From Myxococcales bacterium (lineage in GTDB: Bacteria; Myxococcota_A; Polyangia; Polyangiales; Polyangiaceae): a stretch of DNA of 64,000 nt. Where the stretch lies: the NCBI GenBank assembly GCA_043747615.1, contig JAYTOU010000053.1, positions 91,923 through 155,922 of the forward strand, read 5' to 3'. The stretch's first letter is position 1; every line of letters starts with the position of its first letter. The notes below the pieces were generated by a model. It had not been told where the DNA came from, searched no databases, and saw only the letters and a program-made list of their open reading frames with translations. A program made the translations under genes and the position numbers. This document shows, one piece after another, positions 1 to 10,851 of this stretch.

Positions 1-16
1 CCGCGTCCCTTGGCCG

Positions 17-679
17 ATGATCTTCGCGACCGTCGGCGGGCTATTCGGTGTGACGATCGGGCACCTCACGCTCAGTTGGATTGCCATCGTCATCGGGCTA
101 GTCGCCACGCTCGCGGGTATCGTCGGAAACCTTCCACGTCTGCGCGCTGGGCCGTCTCTCAACATCGATACGGCGCTGATGCGGCTGGTCGATGTCGGCC
201 TCTCCTTCCCGTTCTTGCTCCTGGTCATGGCCATTGGAGCGGCGGTCGATCGGACCACGGCGACCTCGATCTTGATTGTCCTCGGACTCACGGGTTGGCT
301 GGGAACCGCCCGGATTTTGCGGGCGAAGACGCTGCAAGTGAGGCACCTCGAGTACGTCGTCGCGGCTCGCGCTCTCGGCCTTCGCACACCGGCGATTCTT
401 GTCCGTCACATTCTCCCGAACGTCGCCGGACCGCTCATCGTGATCGCCACGGCGTCCGTCGCGCAGATGATCGTCGCCGAGAGCGTCCTCAGCTACCTGG
501 GGGTCGGGATCTCGCCGCCCACCCCGACGTGGGGACACATGCTGTTCGAGGGGCAGGACTACTACGCGGCCGCCCCCTGGCTCGTCGCCGCACCGGCAGG
601 AGCGATCCTCCTCGCGGTCTTCGGATTCAACCTCGTTGGCGAAGGCCTGCGCGACGCGCTCGACGCGAAGGACGCGTGA
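17..679 (+). CDS. Peptide/nickel ABC transporter permease (DppC/OppC type); may start upstream of the window
   Basis: EAA-loop motif EYVVAARALG...ILVRHILPN and AESVLSYLGVGISPPTPTWG...FNLVGEGLRDALD; frame is open to the window edge. Confidence 0.9.
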   Translation: MIFATVGGLFGVTIGHLTLSWIAIVIGLVATLAGIVGNLPRLRAGPSLNIDTALMRLVDVGLSFPFLLLVMAIGAAVDRTTATSILIVLGLTGWLGTARILRAKTLQVRHLEYVVAARALGLRTPAILVRHILPNVAGPLIVIATASVAQMIVAESVLSYLGVGISPPTPTWGHMLFEGQDYYAAAPWLVAAPAGAILLAVFGFNLVGEGLRDALDAKDA

Positions 680-2397
680 TGTTCGTCACGCGGCACACCC
701 CCTGGATCCTCCTTCTATTGAGTGGACTTTTTGGCTGCAGTGATCCGCTGGTGGCACCCATCCCCGCGTCGCGTCCGGAAGAGACGACGGGCCGCGGAGG
801 CACGATGCACCTCGCCTCGTTCGCAGACATCCGCGCGCTCGATCCGGCGATCGCTTCCGAGGTGCTCGGTGCCGAAGTGATGCAAATGATCTTCGCGGGC
901 CTCATCGACTTCGATGACGACGGCAAGGTAATTCCCGACCTTGCGACACATTTCGAAACATCCCCGGACGGGTTGGTCTACCGCTTCTTTCTGCACGAGA
1001 ACGTCCTCTTTCACGACGGAAACGAGCTTACGGCAGAGGACGTGAAGCGGTCGATCGAGCGCGCTCTTCACCCTTCGACGCCCAACCCGTTCGCGAGCTT
1101 CTACGAAAACATCGCGGGGATGCCTGAGTATACTGAAAAGAAAACGACGCACCTCTCGGGCGTGGTGGTGGAGGGGCGCTACGTCGTCTCCGTTCGTCTG
1201 CGTGAGCCCGACGCAACCTTTCTGCCGCTCTTCGCGCTCCAGTCGCTCCGGCCCGTGTGCAAGAGCGGCGGCGATCACTACGCCGATACCTGGCTCCCCT
1301 GCGGCGCAGGCCCCTTCAAGCTCGCCGCAGGCGGATGGGATCACGGTCGCGCGGTGACCCTCGTTCGTCACGACGGCTACTTTCGCCCTGGCATTCCCCG
1401 CCTCGACGGCGTCGTCTTCACCGTTGGGATGAACGTCGTCACCGAGCGATTCAAGTTCGAGGCGGGCGAGCTCGATACGATTCGCGATCTTTCCGAGGCC
1501 GATACGCAGCGCTTCTTGCGCGATCCACGTTGGAAATCCCTCGGCGCTTATGAGCCTGATCGCAGCATCTACGGCGAGAACATGAACGTCGAGATGCCTC
1601 CGTTCGACAACGTCGAAATTCGCCGCGCCGTCGCGTGCGCCATCGATCGCGAGCACTACCGGCTGATTCGCGCGTCGAACGTGCATCCCGCCGGCAAGCT
1701 CGTCCCTCCTGGTGTGCCGGGCTTCAACCCCGCTGTGGCCGGTCAGAAGTACGACTACGCCGCGGCGCTCGAGCACATGAGAAAAGCGGGCTACCCGTAC
1801 GACCCGGCGACGGGCAAAGGCGGATGGGAGCCACATATCGAGTACACGGCTTACAAGCAGGGCTTTGCCGAGTTCAGTGCCCAGGTGCTGCAACAGGATC
1901 TCGCGAAGATCGGTCTGCGGATCGACATCCGCATCGTGAGCTTTGCGAGCTACCTGTCGATCACGCATCGCCGAGGAAAATCGGCGTTCTCGCCGCAAGG
2001 CTGGAATCAGGACTACCCCGACGCGAGCGACTTCTACGAGACGCTCTTCAGCTCGAAGTCGATCAACGAAGACGACTCGAACAACTCCGCCTTCTACAAG
2101 AACGAGCGCTTCGACAGCCTCGTCGACCGCGCTCACCACGAGCTCGATCCTCCCGCGAGGCAGAAGCTCTACGACGATGCCGACGCAATTCTCCGCAATG
2201 ACGCGCCCTGGGCGTTCACACACAGCTTCGGCTGGTACGACATTCGGCAGGGTTACGTCCGCGGCTACCGCGCTTCCCCGACGTGGGTCCACAATCTGAA
2301 CGAGACGTGGATCGATCGCGCAAAGACGGCCGTCGCTCGGCGTTCGGGAATTTTCGGTCAATTCGCACGTGGCAGTATCTGGCGGGAGCGACCGTGA
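679..2397 (+). CDS. ABC transporter substrate-binding lipoprotein, family 5 (DppA/OppA type)
   Basis: ATG overlaps upstream TGA; lipobox LFGC; LDPA, IPDLA, FHDGNELTAEDVKRS, GAGPFKL, PFDNVEIRRAV motifs. Confidence 0.9.
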   Translation: MFVTRHTPWILLLLSGLFGCSDPLVAPIPASRPEETTGRGGTMHLASFADIRALDPAIASEVLGAEVMQMIFAGLIDFDDDGKVIPDLATHFETSPDGLVYRFFLHENVLFHDGNELTAEDVKRSIERALHPSTPNPFASFYENIAGMPEYTEKKTTHLSGVVVEGRYVVSVRLREPDATFLPLFALQSLRPVCKSGGDHYADTWLPCGAGPFKLAAGGWDHGRAVTLVRHDGYFRPGIPRLDGVVFTVGMNVVTERFKFEAGELDTIRDLSEADTQRFLRDPRWKSLGAYEPDRSIYGENMNVEMPPFDNVEIRRAVACAIDREHYRLIRASNVHPAGKLVPPGVPGFNPAVAGQKYDYAAALEHMRKAGYPYDPATGKGGWEPHIEYTAYKQGFAEFSAQVLQQDLAKIGLRIDIRIVSFASYLSITHRRGKSAFSPQGWNQDYPDASDFYETLFSSKSINEDDSNNSAFYKNERFDSLVDRAHHELDPPARQKLYDDADAILRNDAPWAFTHSFGWYDIRQGYVRGYRASPTWVHNLNETWIDRAKTAVARRSGIFGQFARGSIWRERP

Positions 2398-3392
2398 CAC
2401 GCATTCTCCGTCGCCTTGCGTGGTCGGTGTTCATCGTCTGGTCGGTGACCACCCTCACCTTCTTCATCAACAACGTGCTCCCGAGCGATCCGGCGCGGAT
2501 GGCCGCTGGCCCTCAGGCGCGCCCAAAAGACGTAGAGCGCATTCGCGCGCAGCTCGGGCTCGACAAGCCGGTGGTCACTCAATACGGAATCTTCATGTCG
2601 AGGCTCCTTCACGTGGCCCCGGCCGGCGCGGGCTCGATCGACCACGCGAGCTGTGTCGCTTTCGCCGGACTCCACGTCGATCTCGGGCGGAGCTATCAGC
2701 AGCGACGGCCGGTGGCCACGATCCTCGGCGAGCGCCTCCCGCGCACCTTGTTTTTGGCTCTCGCGGGCGTTCTCGTGCAGATCCTGATCGGCGTGACGAG
2801 CGGGGTCTTCGCAGCCTTGAAGCGGGGAACGGCCTGGGACCATGGCGCCGTCGGGCTCAGCCTCCTCGGCATAAGCGCGCCGACGTTCATCCTCGGGCTC
2901 GTGCTTCAGTTTTTCTTCGCGCGGAAGTTCCGAATCCTTCCGCTCGACGGCTTCGGGACCACGAACACCGAGCATCTCCTGTCGGTGATTTTGCCGGCGC
3001 TCACGCTGGGGATTTTCGGAGCCGCCTACTACACGCGCCTGGTTCGCGACGAAATGATCGGGCTCATGAGGGAAGACTACGTCCGCACGGCGCGCGCCAA
3101 GGGCCTCTCCGAGGGCCGGGTGGTGATTGTGCATGCCCTACGAAATGCGCTCGTTCCACTGATCACGGTGATCGCCCTCGATCTCGGCGCGCTCGTCGGA
3201 GGGGCGATCGTCACCGAGACTTTGTTCCGCTGGCCAGGCGTCGGCGCGCTCAGCGTGACTGCGCTTCTCGATCGCGATGGGCCGATCATTCTGGGGACGG
3301 TGATCGTCACCTCCACGGCGATCGTGCTCGCCAGCATCCTCGTCGACATTTGCTACGTCGCGCTCGACCCCCGCGTGCGACACCAAACCTAA
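2394..3392 (+). CDS. Peptide ABC transporter permease (DppB/OppB type)
   Basis: GTGA overlap; [46 protein letters not shown]. Confidence 0.9.
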   Translation: MTRILRRLAWSVFIVWSVTTLTFFINNVLPSDPARMAAGPQARPKDVERIRAQLGLDKPVVTQYGIFMSRLLHVAPAGAGSIDHASCVAFAGLHVDLGRSYQQRRPVATILGERLPRTLFLALAGVLVQILIGVTSGVFAALKRGTAWDHGAVGLSLLGISAPTFILGLVLQFFFARKFRILPLDGFGTTNTEHLLSVILPALTLGIFGAAYYTRLVRDEMIGLMREDYVRTARAKGLSEGRVVIVHALRNALVPLITVIALDLGALVGGAIVTETLFRWPGVGALSVTALLDRDGPIILGTVIVTSTAIVLASILVDICYVALDPRVRHQT

Positions 3393-5671
3393 GGGCCGAT
3401 GAGGGCGCGGCACTCCGAGACGCGTGGACCGTCGGCGGCTCTCTCGATGCACGACTGGTACGCAGCGCGGGCTTTGGCGTGATTTCCAGCGGTATCGTAG
3501 GCTGCGCCGAGGGTGAGCCAGGCCTCGGCGTCGGTCGGGTCTTTGTCGGTCGCGCGGCGCCCAAGGTCGATCGCCACGGCTGTATTTCCGCGCTCGAGCG
3601 CGCGCTGCGCCTGCTGGGTGAGCGTCCCCGTCGGCGCCGGAGCGACCACCTCCGGAGGGTTCGCCGCGGGCGGATTGGTCACCGGTGGAGCAACGACGAC
3701 AGGCTCCCTCGGCTGCGGCGGCACCGGGTCCACCCGCCGCACCGGCGCGACCTGCTCGACATGTTCGACGGGCGCGGGAGTCGGCGGCGTGATGTCGCGC
3801 GGGACGGGCGGCGCAACGTCCTTCGGGGGCTCGGGCATGGGCACGACCGCCGCTGACACTTTTTCGGCAGGGACCGTCGAGCTGGGAGCGGGACGAATTT
3901 CGCTGTAGTCCGCCTTACTCGCTTGCCAGCGCGAATAGACCGCGCCGCCGATGAGGGCGAAAACGAGGAAGCCGAGGATCCCGGCTGCGAGCTGTCTGAC
4001 TAGGTGGTTTTGCTCGGTAGCCCGTATTGCCGAAGGCGTCGTGAGGTCGTGACGTTCGAGGGGAGCGTCCGTCTCTTCACGCGAGCTCTCGTCATCGCCG
4101 TCTTTGGTTACTTTTTCGGGCTCGTCGCCGTCGTCGTCCGCGTCGTCTTCGTGATCCGCTTCGTCGTCGTCGTCTTCTTCTTCGTCATCGTCTTCGTCAT
4201 CGTCTTCGTCATCGTCTTCTTCGTCATCGTCTTCGTCATCGTCGTCTTCGTCGTCATCTTCTTCGTCGTCATCGACGGCGTCTTCATCGTCGTCTTCGCC
4301 GTCTTCTTCCTCGTTTCCTTTGTCGGCGGGGAGGCGCGCGTGATCGGCGTCAGGCTCCGCGGCAGGAGCGAGGGGAACGTGCTCGGCGGAAGCACTTTCC
4401 GCGTTGTCGGCGTTTTCCGCGCTCACCAGGCCAGCGGCGAGAGCTGCGGTCACACCATCCTCGGGTGTGGGGCGCGAGGAGGCAGGCAACGTAGCGACCG
4501 GCGCCACTGGAAAGTGCGGGAGCGTAGTCGGGTTACGGGGGATCACTGCGGGCATCATCGCGTCGTAGCTCGCCTTCACGCTCATCGGCGGCGGCGTCAG
4601 ACTCTCGGCTCCTGGAACGACGAGCATCTCATCGATCGCTGCCTGCGAAGGCTTCTCCGTCGCTTGCGAGCCGACCTCAGCGGGGATCACCGATTCGTCG
4701 GCGGGGGCCAGATCGCGCGAGTCTGCCGTCGGCAGTAGGAGCCCTTCGAAGTAGAGCTTGGAGATCGTCGAGAGCGTCGAGAGATCTTCGAACGGCGATT
4801 CGTCGACGACTTCCATCAGCGATTTTCGCCCGTCGAAGAGGCGGAGAATTCCGTTGAGCTCGTCTGGGATTTCGTTGAGGCGCTCGAGGAGCTGCTCGTG
4901 ATCGACCTCGAAAATTGTGGAGAGCGGCGGGAGCTGCTCGAGGAGCCGCCCCCACTCGTCGACGCGGCGCATGCCTTCCATCAGGATTCCCTGGGTGGAG
5001 CTGTTCATGATGTCGTCGTTCGTGATGACCCGAAATTCCACCTCGAAATCAGCTTCGTTCCAGATGAGCGTGCGGTAGATGGCCTCTTCACCGCGGAGAT
5101 GACCGAGCTCGGCATCGACGATCTTCCCGTCGCGGAAATAGATGAGCGCGGTGTGGATCCCGGTCTTGAGATGAACGACGCCACTCTTGCGGGAAACCTC
5201 GAACGTCTGGAGGAGGTCGACGACCGCCATGTCCTGGATCGAGCCGCTGAAGCGGGTGCGCCCGCTCACCGTGCTGCGGGTGGTGATGTTGTCGTGTGCC
5301 CGCCGAGCGAGGAGAAGATTCACGCGCGCGAGGAGCTCACGAACGAAGATCGGCTTCGTGAGGTAGTCCTCGACGCCGAGCTCGAGGCCGCGGATCTTAT
5401 CCTCGACGGATTTTTGGCTGGTGAGGAATACGACCGGTATCGACGCCCATTCCGGGCGCTCTTTCAGCCGCCGCACGAGCGCGTAGCCATCAAGCTTGGG
5501 AAGCCGGGTGTCCGACAAAACGAGATCGGGGGTGGAAACCTCGAGCTTCGCGAGCGCGTCGTTGCCGTCGACGGCCGTCGTCACGCTGTACCCAGCTTTT
5601 CGCAGGCTTACTTCGAGCACCCGGACGCTGCGCGGGTCGGCGTCGACGAGCAGGAGCTGTTGTTTTGCCAC
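3389..5671 (-). CDS. Response regulator: REC + DUF4388(PatA_N)-like domain + acidic linker + single TM + Pro-rich region + TPR
   Basis: N-terminal REC (PDLVLSD, FLTS, DYLTKP); [24 protein letters not shown]...[32 protein letters not shown]-terminal [14 protein letters not shown]. Confidence 0.85.
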   Translation of the reverse strand: MAKQQLLLVDADPRSVRVLEVSLRKAGYSVTTAVDGNDALAKLEVSTPDLVLSDTRLPKLDGYALVRRLKERPEWASIPVVFLTSQKSVEDKIRGLELGVEDYLTKPIFVRELLARVNLLLARRAHDNITTRSTVSGRTRFSGSIQDMAVVDLLQTFEVSRKSGVVHLKTGIHTALIYFRDGKIVDAELGHLRGEEAIYRTLIWNEADFEVEFRVITNDDIMNSSTQGILMEGMRRVDEWGRLLEQLPPLSTIFEVDHEQLLERLNEIPDELNGILRLFDGRKSLMEVVDESPFEDLSTLSTISKLYFEGLLLPTADSRDLAPADESVIPAEVGSQATEKPSQAAIDEMLVVPGAESLTPPPMSVKASYDAMMPAVIPRNPTTLPHFPVAPVATLPASSRPTPEDGVTAALAAGLVSAENADNAESASAEHVPLAPAAEPDADHARLPADKGNEEEDGEDDDEDAVDDDEEDDDEDDDDEDDDEEDDDEDDDEDDDEEEDDDDEADHEDDADDDGDEPEKVTKDGDDESSREETDAPLERHDLTTPSAIRATEQNHLVRQLAAGILGFLVFALIGGAVYSRWQASKADYSEIRPAPSSTVPAEKVSAAVVPMPEPPKDVAPPVPRDITPPTPAPVEHVEQVAPVRRVDPVPPQPREPVVVAPPVTNPPAANPPEVVAPAPTGTLTQQAQRALERGNTAVAIDLGRRATDKDPTDAEAWLTLGAAYDTAGNHAKARAAYQSCIERAADGPRVSECRALIGP
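4121..4318 (-). repeat. Low-complexity coding repeat (unit approx. TCTTCGTCATCG on +) encoding an Asp/Glu tract
   Basis: Visible tandem degenerate 12-nt units; translation [17 protein letters not shown]... Confidence 0.9.
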
Positions 5672-5708
5672 GGCGCAAGCCTACCCGGCGCACGAGGCGC
5701 GTTTCGAA

Positions 5709-7061
5709 CTATTTAGCTGCCCAGGGATCTCGAAAACCGCCGGTCACCTTCGGCTTGGGCGCGGGCGGTGGAGCTTTGATCTTCACCGGCGCGGGTGGCG
5801 GCTGCGCGGAGGCCGCCGGTTCCGGCAAAGGGGGCGGCAAAATGACCTCCTCACGAAGTGAGGGGATCGCCGCCACACTCGCGACGAGGGGGACGCCGGC
5901 GCGAATTTCGACGCGGGCGGGCTCGTACAAAGAACGCGTCATGACGACGACGAGAACGGCGACGGCGGTGATGGTCACGGCCCACAGCGCGCGCCTCGAG
6001 TCGGCGATCCGTCCCACGCCGTCCGCTTTCAACGGCGCGTCATCGGCGCCTGCCGGGGGCCCCGCGGAGAGAAGAGAGACAAGGCCTTCGCGCTTCGGTC
6101 TTCGAGCGCGGTCGAGATCGCGCGCTAACGCGTCCATCGTTGCGTACCGAAGCGCAGTCGTTTTCTCGAGTGATTTGAGGATGACAGCCTCGAGCGAACC
6201 GAGATCACGGATGCCGGGCGCCACCTCGCTCGGGGAGATCGGCTTCACGAACATGTGCTGGCTGATGACGCCCATGAACGTGTCGGCTTCGAACGGCACC
6301 CGGCCCGTAAACATCTCGTACATGATCACGCCGAGGGAATAGATGTCGGCGCGGTGGTCGACGGGCTGCCCTCCGGCCTGCTCCGGTGACATGTAATGCG
6401 GGGTTCCGAAGACTACGCCGGTCTTCGTGATCCGACTCGCGCCGACGATCAGCGCCGCGCCAAAATCCACCACCCTCACGCCGAGCTCGTCGTCATCGAC
6501 GATGAAAATATTTTCCGGCTTCAGATCACGATGGATGATGCCCGCTTCGTGCGCCGCGCTGAGGGCGCTCGCGATGCGAATCACGATGCCTACGCCGCGC
6601 GTGGGCGACAGCGGTCCCTCTTTCAAGAGCTCGGACAGCGTCTGTCCCTGGAGAAGATCCATCACGAAATAGGGCCGTTTATCCGACTCTAGGTGACCGA
6701 AGTCGGTGATGCTGACGATGTTCGGGTGCTTCACTGCGGCCGTGGCGCGCGCCTCCTGGATGAAACGTGCGGCGAGCTTGTCGTCGCTGGCCATGTCGAG
6801 CCGCATGACCTTCATCGCGAAGTGGCGGCCGAGCGCGCTGTGGCGCACTTTGTAGACCGTGCCCATTCCGCCTTCGCCGAGGACCGCGATCACTTCGTAG
6901 CGACCGCCGATCGTCTTGCCGAGAAGGGTGTCACCGCTCGGATCCCAGCGATCGCTGACGAGACGGACGCCGTCGAACGGGCAGAACATCCCATCGACGC
7001 TGTAGCGCTGGCCGCACTCCGGGCAGCGCTTGATTTCGTGCCGGAGGTTGACGGTTCTCAA
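5709..7061 (-). CDS. Hanks-type Ser/Thr protein kinase with N-terminal zinc ribbon and C-terminal TM
   Basis: CPECG..CPFDG; GEGGMGTV, AMK, HRDLKPEN, DFG, GTPHYMSPEQ, DIYSLG. Confidence 0.93.
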   Translation of the reverse strand: MRTVNLRHEIKRCPECGQRYSVDGMFCPFDGVRLVSDRWDPSGDTLLGKTIGGRYEVIAVLGEGGMGTVYKVRHSALGRHFAMKVMRLDMASDDKLAARFIQEARATAAVKHPNIVSITDFGHLESDKRPYFVMDLLQGQTLSELLKEGPLSPTRGVGIVIRIASALSAAHEAGIIHRDLKPENIFIVDDDELGVRVVDFGAALIVGASRITKTGVVFGTPHYMSPEQAGGQPVDHRADIYSLGVIMYEMFTGRVPFEADTFMGVISQHMFVKPISPSEVAPGIRDLGSLEAVILKSLEKTTALRYATMDALARDLDRARRPKREGLVSLLSAGPPAGADDAPLKADGVGRIADSRRALWAVTITAVAVLVVVMTRSLYEPARVEIRAGVPLVASVAAIPSLREEVILPPPLPEPAASAQPPPAPVKIKAPPPAPKPKVTGGFRDPWAAK

Positions 7062-7082
7062 CGCGCCCCCCGCGACCCGGGC

Positions 7083-7292
7083 TCAGCCATTTTCCGCGTC
7101 CGCACCTGCGGCGTCCGTCGGCGGCGTGTCCGGCGGCGCGCACACACCCTGGGCGCAGTGCAGATGCTCTTTGCAGTCGTGATCTCGCGTGCAGGGCCCG
7201 TTCACGCCGCTCGATCCGCCGTCGGAGCCGCCGCACGAGGGATCGTGGAGGAGCCCCACCGCGAGGGACAACGCGATGGCATGACGGATCAC
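7083..7292 (-). CDS. Small secreted Cys-rich protein
   Basis: GTG start after GGGA; hydrophobic N-terminus; CTRDHDC...C...C pattern typical of myxobacterial Cys-rich modules. Confidence 0.6.
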   Translation of the reverse strand: MIRHAIALSLAVGLLHDPSCGGSDGGSSGVNGPCTRDHDCKEHLHCAQGVCAPPDTPPTDAAGADAENG

Positions 7293-7324
7293 TCCCTAAT
7301 ACTAGCAGCCCCCGGCGAGCGGAG

Positions 7325-8569
7325 TCAGGTCATTGGCGCGGCAGGTGCTTTTGCCGCGGTGCCGCAATTTGCGCAGAATTTCACGCCGGGGAGGGTCTCT
7401 TGGCCACACGACGTGCAGAACTTTTTCGCCTGCGCGAGGGCATTGCCGCACTCGTTGCAGAACTTTCCCTGGGGTTGTGCCGTGTTGCATTTGCCGCAGG
7501 TGATCACCGCCGCGGTCGGCGTGAACTCCGGCGCCGAGGGTGACGCCGGACGCCCACCGAACTGGGGCTGCCCGGTAAACGCGCCGCCCATCGCCCCACC
7601 GATGCCCATTCCGATCGCGGCTTGCGCGCCGAGACCAGCGATCCCGCCGTCTCCCATGCCGTGCTCGGCCATCCCCTGCCCGGCTCCGATCATGGCCTGA
7701 CCGGCGGCATAGTTCTGGTAGTTGCCGGCGAGCTGCTGGACGTACTTCGCGTCCTGATTGAATTTCTGATCGAGCTCGAACTGCTTTTGCTGGGCCTTCG
7801 CCGCGGCGCCGCCAACCTTGATCTGCTCGAGCTGCACTTCGATGTTTGCGGCTTCGAGGGCGACGACGAAGCGCTCGTTCGCATCGTTGAGCTTTTTGTC
7901 GTCTTCGGGCGTGAAGTTGAGGTTGAAGGTGTTCGTGAGGATCCGGATGCCCGTCTCGTTCATCGCCGGTGCGTGGGCCACGAACGATGCAGTGAGCTCG
8001 GTCTGGTAGGCGTTGATGTCGATGAGCGAGATCTTCTGCTTGATGCAGAACTCGCCGAGCGTCTGCTTCACGCCGCTCTTGAAGAGCTCGCGGATCCACT
8101 CGGTGACTTGCTCGTTCGTCTTGTTCGATCCCTGACGCGCGTAGCCCACGATGAACTGCACGGGGTCTGTGATGACAATGCTCATCTCTCCGAAGATGCG
8201 GGGGTTGACGAGGCACTTGAGCTGCGGATCGCGGGTCGCGCCGATCTGGCCGCCGAAAGGCACGCGGAAAGGCACGGTGGTCACGAAGAAGATCTCGCTG
8301 ATGAAGACCTGACCGCCCGTGAAATTGGTGACGATGCTGTTCAAGAATGGAATGTTCTGGGTTTGCAGCGTGTGCCGACCCGCCGGAAGAATGCCGACGA
8401 CGCGCCCGTCCTTGAAGAAGACGGCGCACTCATCGCTGTCGACCGTGAGCTGCGAGTACATGGGGACGTTCTGATCGGGGTGCTTGTAGACCGCGAGCTC
8501 CTTCAGATTGTCCGGCCGCGCGATCATCATTTCCCGCACGCCATTTCGAACGAAATCCATGACTCCCAT
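7325..8569 (-). CDS. SPFH/band-7 domain protein (YdjI-like) with C-terminal zinc ribbons
   Basis: SQLTVDSDECAVFFKDG..GRHTLQTQNIPFL; Gly/Met-rich linker; CGKC/CNECG/CTSCG/CANCG. Confidence 0.85.
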   Translation of the reverse strand: MGVMDFVRNGVREMMIARPDNLKELAVYKHPDQNVPMYSQLTVDSDECAVFFKDGRVVGILPAGRHTLQTQNIPFLNSIVTNFTGGQVFISEIFFVTTVPFRVPFGGQIGATRDPQLKCLVNPRIFGEMSIVITDPVQFIVGYARQGSNKTNEQVTEWIRELFKSGVKQTLGEFCIKQKISLIDINAYQTELTASFVAHAPAMNETGIRILTNTFNLNFTPEDDKKLNDANERFVVALEAANIEVQLEQIKVGGAAAKAQQKQFELDQKFNQDAKYVQQLAGNYQNYAAGQAMIGAGQGMAEHGMGDGGIAGLGAQAAIGMGIGGAMGGAFTGQPQFGGRPASPSAPEFTPTAAVITCGKCNTAQPQGKFCNECGNALAQAKKFCTSCGQETLPGVKFCANCGTAAKAPAAPMT

Positions 8570-8737
8570 CGTCGACTCTCCCTCTTGTGCGTTCGCCCCC
8601 GGCCTGTCGCGCAAGTCAGCGGCCCGGTTTTGACCGTGCTAGGTTGGACGTAACTAACTCAAGCATAATCACGTTTCGCGCGCCTCGTCATGCGTTGTCA
8701 TTGGCGCGGGGTACGCTCTTCTCCAGACCGGAAAAAC

Positions 8738-9886
8738 ATGGCGTCCGTAGCTTTCGTGCCCGCCGTTTTCGATCCTGCCGGCCTTCCTCCACCGGCCCTG
8801 CGGCTCCTCGACGTCAAAACTCCGATGCCCATGCGGCAGATGGCGGCGAAGGGCGTTTCTCCTGGACTAAAGCCGCACGAGGCGCTGAGCGTGGTCGTCC
8901 TCCTCGCACAGTCTTCCGATCCGGCGCTGGCGGAGACGGCAGGCGATACCCTCCGCAAGCTTCCGCCTGCGCTGGCCGGCGGCGCACTCGTTCCTCAGCT
9001 TCACGCGGCCGTGCTCGACGTCGTCGCTCCTCTCTATGCGACCGATGCGCCCATGATGGAGAAGCTCCTGTCGCTGCCGCAGCTCGCTCTCGCCACCATC
9101 GCCCACGTTGCTGGGCTCGCGTCGGAGGCGGTGTGCGAGCTCATCGCGACCAACGAAGAGCGCCTACTCGCACATGGGGCGATCATCGAACGCCTCTACA
9201 TGAACAAGCACGCGCGCATGTCGACGGCCGATCGCATCTTGGAGCTCGCAGTGCGCAACGGGCTCGATCTCACGGGAATTCCAGCCTTCCGGGAGGCGGC
9301 TGCGGCCATCGCCAACGAGCTCATCGTGGAGGCTCAAGATGAGCCCACCTTCGACGACGTGCTCTTTACGCAGACCGATGAGCTCGCGCAGCAGATCGTG
9401 CTCGACCTCGACGTAGAAGACACGCACGTCCTCGATCCGGAGACGGGCGAGGAGAAAGTCGCGGACCGGGTCCTGCCGCTTCACGCGCAGCTTGCGCAGA
9501 TGTCGGTGTCGCAGAAGGTCCGGCGAGCGATGCTCGGAACGGCAACGGAGCGAATGGTGCTCGTGCGCGATGCCAATCGTCTGGTGGCGGCAGCGGCCAT
9601 CAAGAGCCCGACCATCCAGGAAAACGAAGTAGTGCGGATCAGCGCCAGCCGCGCGGTGAGCGACGACGTCCTTCGCTTAATCGCGATGGATCGCGAGTGG
9701 ACGCGCTCCCATCAGGTCAAGGTGAACCTCGTCTCCAATCCGCGAACGCCCTTCGCCTTTGCGGCACGGCTCATCTTGCACCTCCGGGAGCACGAGCTGA
9801 AGGCCATAGCCAAGAGCAAGAACGTCACCGGCGCCGTCTCCACGGCGGCCCGAAATCAGCTCGCGAAGCGCGGAGGCAAATCATGA
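8738..9886 (+). CDS. Conserved hypothetical helical protein (myxobacterial type)
   Basis: 382-aa ORF with protein-like composition; stop overlaps galE ATG; LVRDANRLVAAA, LVSNPRTP motifs. Confidence 0.75.
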   Translation: MASVAFVPAVFDPAGLPPPALRLLDVKTPMPMRQMAAKGVSPGLKPHEALSVVVLLAQSSDPALAETAGDTLRKLPPALAGGALVPQLHAAVLDVVAPLYATDAPMMEKLLSLPQLALATIAHVAGLASEAVCELIATNEERLLAHGAIIERLYMNKHARMSTADRILELAVRNGLDLTGIPAFREAAAAIANELIVEAQDEPTFDDVLFTQTDELAQQIVLDLDVEDTHVLDPETGEEKVADRVLPLHAQLAQMSVSQKVRRAMLGTATERMVLVRDANRLVAAAAIKSPTIQENEVVRISASRAVSDDVLRLIAMDREWTRSHQVKVNLVSNPRTPFAFAARLILHLREHELKAIAKSKNVTGAVSTAARNQLAKRGGKS

Positions 9887-10851
9887 AAATCTTGGTGACG
9901 GGAGGAGCGGGCTACATCGGCTCTCACATGGTGCACGCCCTCGTACGCGGCGATCACCAGGTGGTGGTCGTCGACGATCTGTCGAGCGGGCGGCGCGCGG
10001 CGGTGCACGAAAAAGCGATTTTCATAGAGGGGAATGTGCGCGATCGCCCGCTCGTCACCAAGGCGCTCGTCGATCACGGCGTCGAGGCAATCTTTCACTT
10101 CGCCTCACGCATTCAGGTCGGTGAGTCGGTCATCGATCCGCATCTCTACTACCGCGACAATCTCTCGGCGGGGATCGAGCTCGTGGAGAGCGCGCTCGAA
10201 GCGAAGGTTCGGTATTTCATTCTGTCGTCGACGGCGGCCGTGTACGGAAATCCGATCCGCGTGCCCCTCGACGAAGAGCATCCGACCGCGCCGGTGAACC
10301 CGTATGGAGAGACGAAGCTCGCCATGGAGTGGATGCTCGCGAGCTACGCGCGGGCCTACGATTTCCGGTATGCGGCGCTTCGCTATTTCAACGCAGCGGG
10401 GGCCGATCCCGAGGCGGGGCTCGGGGAGTGTCACGAGCCGGAGTCGCATTTGATTCCGCTCGTCATCGAAGCGGCGATGGGCAAGCGCCCAACCATCACG
10501 ATCTATGGCGAGGACTACGACACGCCCGACGGCACGTGCTTGCGCGACTACATCCACGTGCGCGATCTCGCGGATGCGCACCTCGCAGGGCTCACGTATC
10601 TCGCGCGTGGTGGAGAGAGCGGAGCCTTTAACTTGGGGACGGGCGTCGGGCACTCGGTGCGTGAGGTCATTGAGGTCACCAAGAAAGTTTCTAAGCGTGA
10701 GATCCCTGTAAAAATAGGGGAACGGCGCGCGGGGGATCCGGCGGAGCTCGTGGCCTCACCGGCGCGGGCGGAGCGGCTGCTCGGGTGGAAGGCGAAGCGC
10801 GGGTCCCTCGAGGAGATCGTGAGCGACGCCTGGAGATGGCATTCGGGGTGA
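9883..10851 (+). CDS. galE: UDP-glucose 4-epimerase
   Basis: ILVTGGAGYIGSH, SSTAAVYG, YGETK, LRYFNAAGA, DTPDGTCLRDYIHV. Confidence 0.95.
   Translation: MKILVTGGAGYIGSHMVHALVRGDHQVVVVDDLSSGRRAAVHEKAIFIEGNVRDRPLVTKALVDHGVEAIFHFASRIQVGESVIDPHLYYRDNLSAGIELVESALEAKVRYFILSSTAAVYGNPIRVPLDEEHPTAPVNPYGETKLAMEWMLASYARAYDFRYAALRYFNAAGADPEAGLGECHEPESHLIPLVIEAAMGKRPTITIYGEDYDTPDGTCLRDYIHVRDLADAHLAGLTYLARGGESGAFNLGTGVGHSVREVIEVTKKVSKREIPVKIGERRAGDPAELVASPARAERLLGWKAKRGSLEEIVSDAWRWHSG

Noticed and set aside
10..678. N-terminal extension of the 795-aa ORF
   Set aside because: Arg-rich off-frame translation over the permease gene; the signal peptide begins at 679
4121..4318. Possible CRISPR-like or non-coding repeat array
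   Set aside because: Triplet-based coding low complexity; no spacers and no cas genes
4004..4738. Very hydrophobic Val/Ile/Phe ORF on +
   Set aside because: Antisense shadow of the Asp/Glu codon tract
8570..8737. Sigma70 promoter in the divergent spacer
   Set aside because: TTGGAC and CATAAT are only 14 nt apart, so the call is not supportable
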